Source: Trypanosoma brucei (taxonomy: Eukaryota). Taken from it: a DNA stretch of 64,000 bases. The translations under genes were made by a program, and so were the position numbers. The notes under the pieces were generated by a model, which saw only the letters and a program-made list of their open reading frames with translations, ran no database searches and had not been told where the DNA came from. The stretch spans positions 1,248,001 through 1,312,000 of the forward strand of contig CP000069.1 of the NCBI GenBank assembly GCA_000002445.1, written 5' to 3'. Numbering within the stretch: the stretch's first letter is position 1; each line of letters begins with the position of its first letter. Shown piece by piece: positions 1 through 9,254 of the stretch.

Positions 1-97
1 CTGAACCATACATACCCGCAAGATTTTCAGGAGCCGTAGCAAGCTCCTCGAAAAATGCAGGTGCAAACTTGTACGCTACCTCAGTTGGCGTTGGCAT
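1..97 (-). CDS. Possible N-terminal fragment of a leftward gene running off the window edge (MPTPTEVAYKFAPAFFEELATAPENLAGMYGS...)
   Basis: ATG at 97..95 on the minus strand, with an open protein-like frame to position 1. A T-rich pyrimidine tract lies on the minus strand just upstream (plus coordinates about 120-260). Only about 32 codons are visible. Confidence 0.25.
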   Translation of the reverse strand, partial: MPTPTEVAYKFAPAFFEELATAPENLAGMYGS

Positions 98-295
98 AGC
101 GAAAAAGCTTTCACTAGATAATGTAACTAAAACCTACCTTCCACAACACATGTAAAGAAAAAAAATTAAAAAAAATAAAAATAGCACTCCAGAGATTAAA
201 TACACAAACTTTACACCTTTGAAAAGTGAACGGGGGAAAAGAAAAGAAAAGAGGGATGGACAACAACCTCGCTACGTTCAATGAAGTCAAGAAGC

Positions 296-2107
296 CTAAC
301 CTGTAGAACCGCTTGTTGATACTCCCTTCAAGTCGTCACAGGGAATGTCCCATTTCCTAAACGATGCTATGCACAACGAAAGACAACGAGGGTCAACAGG
401 GGACTGTGTTGCGCGAAGCACCGCAACAAGTTGCCGTACACTCCCAATGTCGACAACGAGACAAAGCATCTTGAAAAGACGAACAGATAATCTGCTTTCG
501 ATAGAAACGCTTCTCTGCCTGTGGTACTCAACCAACATCATCGCGGTTGAAACATCCTGAGCATCAACTGCCAACTCAAGGCCACCACGAAGAAATTCCG
601 CTGTCACTTCAACACCCAAATCTACCATGTCCTCCAGAAATGTTGGTATCTTCTTCACAGCGCTTACAGCATTGGGGGAGGTTGACAGTAGTAAAGTAAA
701 CGTGCGTGCTGTCTCTCGCACAGCAACGTTTCGGAAAGTAAATAAGACCAGTGATGCCTTCTGTTCGTCTTTCATTAATGCACACGCTTCAAGCACAACA
801 TTAAGTGTTTTATGACTCACATTCCCACCCGCAGCTTTGCGCTCCTCCAACAACAACAACGACTCCTCAACCCTGGAGTCCACTTCCGCAATAAAACGCA
901 CAAGCGACATAACTGGATGTGCGTTAAGTAAAGTCAACCGCCTCGTCTCTAAGAAGAGTTTGGGTCTCGAACCTGGGATGGAGTCAGATTCCGGAATCTC
1001 ATCCTCTAATAAATACAACGCCTCCTTCAGTAACCCGGCCCGCACTAACGTCTCCAGGTGAAGGAGCGCCAGTGCAAACTTGTGCTGAGGAGGAATAATG
1101 CATGGATGAGCGCGAAGATACTTCAATACGTAATCAGCAGAAGCCACATCGCCCCATTTGGCACATTTCGCCATAAGTTTCAATGCAGTAACATCATTAT
1201 TCAGCACAGGTCCACCCTTTGCTTCCTGAAGGATCGAAGAACTTTCCTCAAAGGCATTGACACCGATATCGGCGCTGGCTTCGGCAACCTCCTGCTCGGA
1301 AGCGCCTTCCGCTGCTGCAATCAACTGGACAGCAATTGAGGGTGGTGACGCCACATTATTTGTGCTGAGCAACATATAGGGAAGAAGCAAGCGGGGAGAC
1401 ATTTTCTCACGGTCCGCAAGCCGCAGTAACTCAAAACATTCCTGAACCATAGTGACGTCGTGGTGGACACGGAGGAGAGTTTGAAAGCAATGTTGAAGGC
1501 GTATTGACAATAAGGGAAACTTTTGCTGCCAGTTCTTCCCCGATGTGATGATGCTCTTAGTATCCTCATGAATGGAAGGCCACCAGGAGGAATAGTCCTC
1601 TCCGAGTCGCGTGTATACGATGAAGAGAGAAATCTTCGTTACTACATCAGGTTCAGCACCTTTCATACGCATTGCCTCTATGGCGTTTTCAACCTCATAC
1701 TGATTGAAGGTATCACTAAGGGAAATGGCCAACAGGTATACGTTAAACAGTTCCACAGATGGGGAAGAAAGTTCCAACATGCACTGAGCAAATAAAAAGC
1801 GCAGTTCCTCAAGCTTATGAAGATCGCAAAGTATCTTCATCATGACAACCGCAAAAGGTTCTGTATCATCAAAAGAACCACAAAAACTCTGGAGCGGCTT
1901 CATATCCACCGTTGCTATGGAAGTGCCGGAGGTAACTTGTCGGTAATATGTACGAAACTCTTCAAAAACATGCCATGCGGCTGGTGGGCCCTCTCCATCC
2001 GACTGCAGCATCCTCAGAACTCGAATGTACGGATTGTCACCTGTGGAAAAAGTCAAAGAAGCACAGCTGGAAGCAGTCTTCCTAAGCACATTGAGGCGCC
2101 GAATCAT
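296..2107 (-). CDS. Conserved hypothetical protein with pentatricopeptide (PPR)-like helical repeats, probably mitochondrial (603 aa)
   Basis: True ATG start (plus 'cat' at 2105-2107). Repeated ~35-aa helical motifs such as AIEAMRMKGAEPDVVTKISLFIVYTRLGE and ALKLMAKCAKWGDVASADYVLKYLRAHP are PPR-like. N-terminus MIRRLNVLRKTASSCASL resembles a mitochondrial presequence. Confidence 0.55.
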   Translation of the reverse strand: MIRRLNVLRKTASSCASLTFSTGDNPYIRVLRMLQSDGEGPPAAWHVFEEFRTYYRQVTSGTSIATVDMKPLQSFCGSFDDTEPFAVVMMKILCDLHKLEELRFLFAQCMLELSSPSVELFNVYLLAISLSDTFNQYEVENAIEAMRMKGAEPDVVTKISLFIVYTRLGEDYSSWWPSIHEDTKSIITSGKNWQQKFPLLSIRLQHCFQTLLRVHHDVTMVQECFELLRLADREKMSPRLLLPYMLLSTNNVASPPSIAVQLIAAAEGASEQEVAEASADIGVNAFEESSSILQEAKGGPVLNNDVTALKLMAKCAKWGDVASADYVLKYLRAHPCIIPPQHKFALALLHLETLVRAGLLKEALYLLEDEIPESDSIPGSRPKLFLETRRLTLLNAHPVMSLVRFIAEVDSRVEESLLLLEERKAAGGNVSHKTLNVVLEACALMKDEQKASLVLFTFRNVAVRETARTFTLLLSTSPNAVSAVKKIPTFLEDMVDLGVEVTAEFLRGGLELAVDAQDVSTAMMLVEYHRQRSVSIESRLSVRLFKMLCLVVDIGSVRQLVAVLRATQSPVDPRCLSLCIASFRKWDIPCDDLKGVSTSGSTG

Positions 2108-2573
2108 TGGTATCAGCTCCCCTGCACTCTCACATCCTTACGTGCCGTGGGATATAACATTATTATTATGGGACCAAAAGAAGGCAGTTAACCGTCAACC
2201 ATCGGAAAATACAAAAAGTATAGATGAAAAGGTGTGTTAAAACGAGAAAGATGAAATGGGATAGGGTCTCTAAATAAAATAAGAGAAGTAAGATGAAGAA
2301 GATAACCAGAAACAGAACCACTCCAACGCCAAACACGGATGCAACAACGCTAAACACAAGAGAAAGGAAGGGGAATCGTGTCGCCACTTTAACAACCTTC
2401 CAACGTGCGGGATATAATAAACTTAATTATCATGATATTAATTTGTTAACTTAAACCGACTGATAGCAGCTAGATGGCGAATGAAAAAGACATTAGCAGG
2501 GGGAAAATCTGCCTGCGCATATAAAGACTACTTCGAAGACAAGAAACCAACCAAAAGCACAGGGCTGCTCCGT

Positions 2574-3686
2574 TCATTCCTTCGCTCCAGAAGCTGCGGA
2601 AGTCCCTACAGTGCCAACCGCACGTTTTACATAGTTTACCTTCAGAACCCAGTGACCCGGTGTATACTCGTTCACTGTACGGTGATGCGCTTCATAGTTC
2701 GGATAATACTCGGGTTCCACACCAATCGTTCCCCCACTATGGTAAGACTTCCCCACAGCACTATCAGGGTCAATAAATACAATCACAGAAAACCGTTCAG
2801 GGTCGAACACTCTCAATACTCCACAGATACACTTCGAGTAATTAAGAGCACACGTATTCGTCTCATATGATGCAAACGAACAGTGCTCCTCAGGTGTTAT
2901 GTGTATCGTTTGATACTCGCTACCACGTATCGCATTTATGCTGTAGCCACATGGCTCATACTGAAGGTCGTGAAGGATCCATGAATCATCTACAACTTCA
3001 CTGAGCCCCGTTGCCTCCCGTATCACTGCGGTTTCAGGACCCGTAGGCAACATCTTATCCGAGTACCAGTGTTTCGTTTGATTGCGATCAAGCCCATACA
3101 TGGTCATGCTGAGTTGTGCATCGTCACTGCAGCTGGGTTGAACAACATCACTGTGGAAATACAAGAAGTAGTGGTCGCTGTCAATCGGACCAAATATGAA
3201 TGGTTGTCCCGACGGAAAATGGGACCTAAGTGTCTTAAATTCTTCCGCCATCGAAAGATGCGGTCCCTTCTGCTCCCACGGGAAACTGTAGTTTTTGTGC
3301 ATGAAGGAAACCCATTCTACTTCGCCGCAAACAGTACTCACCGCCTCGCATATGAGCGGCACGCAATTCAAAAGAGTGATGGTACCACAAGTTATGAGAA
3401 TCACGCGATCTTTCATTACAAACAATGAGCTCTCCGATAACACGTAGGAGCGAATGTATTCATTAAACTCACGGGAAACAATGTGTGCACATATAGCATC
3501 AATAACTTTTTGCCACACATCGTCATCGTGTGCAAGTAAACCACTAACGTGCGTCCCGTCCACCACCCGCATTATCACCTCCAAGCGCTTCTCAGGCCCT
3601 TCGAAGCTTCGCTCGTGCTTTGGGTCAAAACGAGCGATGGAACCCCACATCGCCATGAGCGAAAGAGAGTCCTTGCAAGAGGACAT
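2574..3686 (-). CDS. AdoMetDC: S-adenosylmethionine decarboxylase proenzyme (AdoMetDC), 370 aa
   Basis: FEGPEKRLEV N-terminal signature. Intact pyruvoyl self-processing motif YVLSESSLFV. Length and overall similarity to eukaryotic AdoMetDC. ATG start verified (cat at 3684-3686). Confidence 0.93.
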   Translation of the reverse strand: MSSCKDSLSLMAMWGSIARFDPKHERSFEGPEKRLEVIMRVVDGTHVSGLLAHDDDVWQKVIDAICAHIVSREFNEYIRSYVLSESSLFVMKDRVILITCGTITLLNCVPLICEAVSTVCGEVEWVSFMHKNYSFPWEQKGPHLSMAEEFKTLRSHFPSGQPFIFGPIDSDHYFLYFHSDVVQPSCSDDAQLSMTMYGLDRNQTKHWYSDKMLPTGPETAVIREATGLSEVVDDSWILHDLQYEPCGYSINAIRGSEYQTIHITPEEHCSFASYETNTCALNYSKCICGVLRVFDPERFSVIVFIDPDSAVGKSYHSGGTIGVEPEYYPNYEAHHRTVNEYTPGHWVLKVNYVKRAVGTVGTSAASGAKE

Positions 3687-3849
3687 GACTAGTACTTCAG
3701 TCAGTGTGCGGTCAAATATAGCACCTTACGGATTAAATAACCAAACCAGACACGCACACACGCAGGCCCACAAAGGAATGGTGCGCTTCCTAAGAGTGCA
3801 AGCTCAACAAACAATGTACTTTTTGTGCTCGAGGATACGCGTACAAACT

Positions 3850-3943
3850 CCACAGAAAAAGGTCAAAAATCCGAAACGAGGGAAATAAAATATGAATAAG
3901 ATAGAATAGGGAGAAGAGAAAAGAAAGAGAAGGGAAAGGGCAG
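3850..3943 (-). promoter_or_regulatory. Polypyrimidine tract (purine-rich on plus) upstream of AdoMetDC; candidate trans-splicing signal. First downstream AG on the minus strand is near 3848.
   Basis: Plus strand reads a long A/G-only run (agaaaaaggtcaaaaatccgaaacgagggaaataaaatatgaataagatagaatagggagaagagaaaagaaagagaagggaaaggg). This is a C/T tract on the coding strand about 160-250 nt upstream of the ATG at 3686. Confidence 0.5.
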
Positions 3944-5953
3944 GTATTAGTGGTGCCTACATCACAAGTGCGAGTCGACAAAAAGGCATTTATGGAAACT
4001 TGACACACGGAGGTTGTGAAGCTCAACCAAAAATGAAGCCAAGAGAATTAATCTCTTTTGCGTCTTCCTTTAACCCTTTTGAGTTAGACTTCGCCACACA
4101 GGAGAAACCCCAGGTGATACTAATTTGGGGAGGAACGTATACATATACACATATATATTGATATGTGTAGGTATGTATACAAATATGTCTTCCTCTCCCG
4201 TCACCTCAGCTGATTATTATCCTTCACTCTCCCTTCTTTTCTCCTCTTCTATCCCTTTCAAATAGAATCAGAATGTTGGCGTTGAAACAACATGCAGAAA
4301 TGTGGAAAGATGGAAGAAACAAATGACCCATAGTCATGGGCTCCCGCCATACGCAAATACCTGGAAAGTGGGTAAGATAAACTGAGAACATATGAAAAAC
4401 AAACCGACAAAGGCAAAGGCAAAGGCGTGAGCAACTTGTTCGCTTGGAGAAATAAAATATGGCAACAACAGCAACATCACAAAACTGAGAGGAGCAGAAA
4501 CATGCTGGTAGTTCCTCACATTATCATGCGCTCTCAACGAAAGAAAAAAGGATAAATAAACGAACATGTGACCTCCCACCTTATTGACCACAAAAGTGTA
4601 AACTTCAAAATCATGTATGGAGGTCACATTTACTCTCAATCAGTTACCGTAAATCACACGCAAGTAAAAGTAACCTCAAATGCTCATTCTCATATGTCTC
4701 AATCACCCCTCACATCACCATCAGTCTCTGGTTTCCAGACTCGTATGTTACGCATATCTATCCTTAAAACACACAGACTCAGGTACATGTATTTGGCAGC
4801 GTCACCCCTCCGATATTGTATCACCTTCTCCCTTCCGATCGGCATCATTTCTCTTCTTCTAAAACGTTACTTGATTCTTTTCCTTCCAGTGCTATACCTC
4901 ATAACACATGTTAATGCACCATTTCTCCAGCCACACACGAAAGCAGAGGGAGAAAGTCGTAGATATTTTGTTACTATTATTCGATAATTCATCAACTCTA
5001 CACTTCATTTCATTCTTTTTCTTTCATATTACTCTTGATCCTCTTCCTTATACCTGCTTGAAGGTCTAATCACCTCTTTCGCTTCTGTTGTTTCAACTTC
5101 TTTTGACTTGTGCTTGTGTCGGTCTGTTGCGTTTCTCTTTATCCGTCACCTCGCTTCCTGTCGGATGACATAACTTCGGCTACTTCCTTTCAATACCACC
5201 GCTGCTTGGTATATAACCATATGATCTTCCGCCCCCAGTGATGGTAAGGAAAGGAAGTAGAAGTGAACAAGAAGGGCGAGGGGCAGGAAAAGCAATACGT
5301 AACGGCGACAAATGGTTCTTTCTTTTTTTTTCTTTTTGATAAATAAGTTTGCATGCAACAAAAACCCCGCTGCTGAAAGTCTGTTAAGGCTTTCGCTCAG
5401 TAACGTAAATTAGAGGCTCTATCCACCTTTCAAATCGCAAATACAAACGTACGGACGCGCGCGTATTCGTTTTCAAGCTCCCACCCACAAATACTCACAT
5501 CTTTGTTTCCGTTACTGTTCCGTCATTCCTGTGCCGTTGTCCATCGAATAGTTTTAAACCAGCTGTACAGTTGGACAAAAAAAGAAAAGGAAAATAGGCA
5601 TTATCAAGAGGTGCTGGTGGTGGGAACCATGAAAGCGAAACAAGGTTGGAAAAAATAGTGAAATGATACGGGGAGGAAAAAAGAAAGAACGAAAATGAAG
5701 GGGATGAGACACCACTAATTTGAACGAAGGTAAGCCACTTCACGTAACAAGCTGCTTCTCGATTTGGTTTTCTTTCCCAGCTGTTCATTAGCCTGTTCTC
5801 TTTTAATGCCTGATAGGAACTGCCGCCGCCGTCCATCTACTATCCTCAATAGCGGGTAACCACACAACTTTTTCACCCCTCCCTGCCCGCGCACCCACAA
5901 GACACATACACCATTACGGCAGCTCTTTATTATTATTACTATTAATATTACGT

Positions 5954-5989
5954 TATATATATATATATATGTATACATATATATATATA
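5954..5989. repeat. (TA)n-rich microsatellite within the AdoMetDC/prozyme spacer
   Basis: Sequence tatatatatatatatatgtatacatatatatatata. Confidence 0.9.
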
Positions 5990-7608
5990 AAGAGAAAACC
6001 AAGTCAAGTTTTAAAGAAGAAAATCAAACATAATGGGTAGGGTGTGAAAAATGCTTATTGAACTCAAAAAAATGTTAAGAAACAAGCACATAGAGTGATA
6101 TTTTGCTCCTTTATAAGACGAAAAAGAGGAAAAAAAAGGAAGCTAAACCATTAAATGAATAGATAAACCGCCACAGCAAACAGACTATTAGGCAGCACCT
6201 TTCACTTCCAGCTTTTTCGTTTTGAAAAGAAAACAGCACAGATATCACGAACTGAGACACGAAGCACCCACAGCTGTACAGCTGTACGCATCAATACAAC
6301 CCACATACTCACTCACTGACGCACACTTTGCCCACTTTCGTGCAAACCAAATCACGCTCCACTTGTTTAGTGATTATGAAACGAAACGGGGCAACGGAGA
6401 CGTCTGAAGTACCAGTGCCTTCTTCCTGTCCCCTTTTCCCCGCAACCTCAGTGCTACGAATCCCTTCCATTGGTTCCGCTGATTTTAGGGTTTTGTGGGG
6501 TAGAGTAAAGGAAAAGCAGTTGTCCCGCGTTTATTACCTAATGTATTGAACAAGGTTCGATACAGTGGTAGAATTATTTTAAAACAAAAAATTAAAAAAA
6601 AAAAGAAATGCTCAGGCAAGCAAACCAGATTTCTTTTTCTATTTTTCCTTTTTTTTCTCAAGAAGAAAAATATGAAGCGTGCGGGTACTCATCGTTCGTC
6701 GTGAGCGCCGCCATTTTAGCTGCTGTTGTATGCGCCTATCCGCCAGTTCGAGCTGCCCGTGTGTCCGTGGGCGTTGGCTACAGGAGGGAGGGGTGAATGC
6801 CCCCCGAAAAGGTTTTACCACAACCACAACATTCTCTTTTGTTGATGAACAGAACCACTGCATCAGGCGCAAGCTGGGCCTTTCAAATTAAAGTTAATTT
6901 TTTAAAAAAAGCCTACCCGCATCCACAAACGAAAACAAAAACAAAAAACACAGTCACTTACCTGCTGACACCCCTTCGCACGCGCCTAATAGAGATAATT
7001 GAAAGGCGTGTATGCGTATGAATGAAAAACACCAGAAAACAAAAAACAGGAAAATGTGTGCCTCTTGACGGCTGCTATGGAAACATGAGGAGGGGCGGGA
7101 AAGAATCACGGGGGAAGAAGCGGGTTCAGCAGTTAAAATATTTTCTTTCTTCGCACCGTTAGACACGGCCGTTTCTTTTTTATTTTTTTTTTTGAAAACA
7201 AAAGGGGCTGCCGCAAAAGTGGTGTTGAGCGCTTTTAAGGAGCAACTCAATAAACTGGCACATGAAATGACAAAAGAGGCATTAAAACTCTCGAACCTTT
7301 GACAGTGATGATACTTAATAAGCGGATGTTTAAAAAAAAAAAAGAGCCCTCCATTGCAGATAAAAACGACAAATCAACAAATATACATGAACCGATTTAC
7401 GCACAATGGAATGACTCCGTTTTACTCCTCATCTTTAAAACCGACTACCATAGAATAACTGTAGAAATTAGGGGGAGAGTATCCATATATATATATATAC
7501 TTGTATGGCACCCAAAATACCTAAAAAGCTGAGGTGTGTTTTCGCGCTGACCAGGGTGACCATTAAAAAAAAAAACCTTCAGAAGCGTTTCAGCATCTGT
7601 ACTGGAAA

Positions 7609-8586
7609 TCAGGCACTGCGTGCGTATGTGGCCTGGTGGAAGACATAGCCTCCACCAAAGTGATTAGCACCGCGGTGCACGACGGTGAAACCTTCCAATC
7701 TATCCATAACGCCGCACGCAGTTGTGCCCTGTGCGTCCCGGTCCTGCAGCAGCACGAGCAGAACTCTCTCCGGGTAAAATTTTTTGAGAAGTCCATTCAC
7801 AATTTTTGTGATATCACTCGCGGCAGACACGGCATTCGTTTCGAAGGAGGCAAAGGGATGCGTGGACCCATATGTTGACACTCGCAACGTTTCGTACTCC
7901 CCCGCGCAGTGGGATACAAGAAGTTGCTGTTCTTTGGTGTTTCCGTCCAAGTCATACTCATCATCTGCTTGTACGTTGTACATGTAAACATTGATCTGCA
8001 CATCATTTTCCCTTCGACAACTGGACGGGTCGCGATCGATGCCATCGTACACAAAGTAAAAACAGTGATCACGGTCAACAGGACCAGCTAGGTACGGGTG
8101 GCCCGTTGGGAACGCGGACTTCAACTCGGCGTATTCATGAGCCATAATATCACTCGTTTCCGATGTCATGTCCCAAGGCGAGCCGTAGTTGACCCGCATG
8201 AAAGACGCCCAATCCACAATAATGTTGTGGGAGCGCATGAGCTCAAGCATCGGGTGTACCGCTTCGTGTAGCATCACTGAAACGGAAGAGCGCACAACAA
8301 TCTGCTTTGCCGTAAACACCAAGAGGGACCTGTCGAACTTAAGCGTATGAATTCCCAGCTCAGCGGAGTTCTGACGAAGTGACTCACCGGCACGCTCCAT
8401 CACGGATGCCAGCTGTTTTACCGTAACGGTTCCTATATCAACAGGCTGTGCGAAATTGAGTTCAAACCGCTTCTCCAGGCCGCTGTCCGTGGAGGTTTTA
8501 GATTGGGTGCAACCTCCCCAACATGACACAAGGTCATGCACCGAACTTGGGCACTCGGTTTGCTGGTTAATCCGCGTGACCGACAT
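7609..8586 (-). CDS. prozyme: AdoMetDC prozyme: catalytically dead AdoMetDC paralog, 325 aa from the first ATG
   Basis: Clear paralog of the AdoMetDC at 2574-3686 (GLEKRFELNF vs FEGPEKRLEV; shared core blocks). The self-processing motif ...LSESSLFV is replaced by ...KFDRSLLVF, so the enzyme cannot form the pyruvoyl group. The track start at 8631 is TTG (plus 'caa'). The first in-frame ATG is at 8586 (MSVTRINQQ...), giving 325 aa. From memory this matches the T. brucei prozyme described by Willert et al. 2007. Confidence 0.88.
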   Translation of the reverse strand: MSVTRINQQTECPSSVHDLVSCWGGCTQSKTSTDSGLEKRFELNFAQPVDIGTVTVKQLASVMERAGESLRQNSAELGIHTLKFDRSLLVFTAKQIVVRSSVSVMLHEAVHPMLELMRSHNIIVDWASFMRVNYGSPWDMTSETSDIMAHEYAELKSAFPTGHPYLAGPVDRDHCFYFVYDGIDRDPSSCRRENDVQINVYMYNVQADDEYDLDGNTKEQQLLVSHCAGEYETLRVSTYGSTHPFASFETNAVSAASDITKIVNGLLKKFYPERVLLVLLQDRDAQGTTACGVMDRLEGFTVVHRGANHFGGGYVFHQATYARSA

Positions 8587-9254
8587 CCTTACCGTTTCCC
8601 TCTGGTGTAAAACCAGTTTGCCTCCCCTCAACTCGCCGTGCAGCAGAAGTAACGCACTTACACGTACAAATTAAAAAAATTAAAAGCAAGGGTCAAAGAA
8701 GAAAGATAAGTATTCTGCCATTAACCAAAGAACATATTAGCAGGCAAACAATCCAACAATGTGATATTTCACGATGACGCAGCAGCGAGGAAAATTTGGC
8801 TCTCTCCGTTTATGCGTTTCTGGGAAAGCTATGTGTATATTCTCAACCACATTTTTTTTAAGTTCAGGAAATTTTCATCGGGTAAAACTCTTATTGGCGC
8901 TCATCGCAGGAAACAGGTGTTGTCATTATCAGAGTCAATTGGATCAGGAATACAGGGAAGAAAGGCCTGCCCGAAACGCTAGATTTTCAGCTGTCAACAT
9001 TTTAAAAGGGGAAATTTTCACCAGTAATACAACAACAGTGTAGAAATGAATAGGAAGAAGAGAAAATATGTTATGCTGGTCCCCTGAGTAATCCTAGTCG
9101 CTCCGGTTATTAATGTCACCAGCTGTCAAACACTAAACTTACCAGACTCCCTCAGTGCCTGAAGAAGACCCGACTTCATTATACCCCATCCATTCCCCTC
9201 GTTTCCCTAAATAAATATCATGTTCTCAACTGAGGCGTTTGCATCTCCGGCGTC

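Noticed and set aside
4190-5170. Plus-strand pyrimidine-rich blocks in the AdoMetDC/prozyme spacer, considered as trans-splicing signals
   Set aside because: They are on the non-coding strand for this leftward-transcribed array. Only the minus-strand pyrimidine tract (plus 3850-3943) is positioned to serve AdoMetDC. Treated as compositional skew of UTR sequence.
6480-6600. GGTTCGATAC-like T-loop fragment, and other ttcgaa hits screened as possible tRNA genes across the intergenic regions and the strand-switch region
   Set aside because: None has the full tRNA architecture (acceptor stem, A-box TRGCNNAGTGG, and B-box GGTTCGANTCC at the correct spacing). No tRNA is called.
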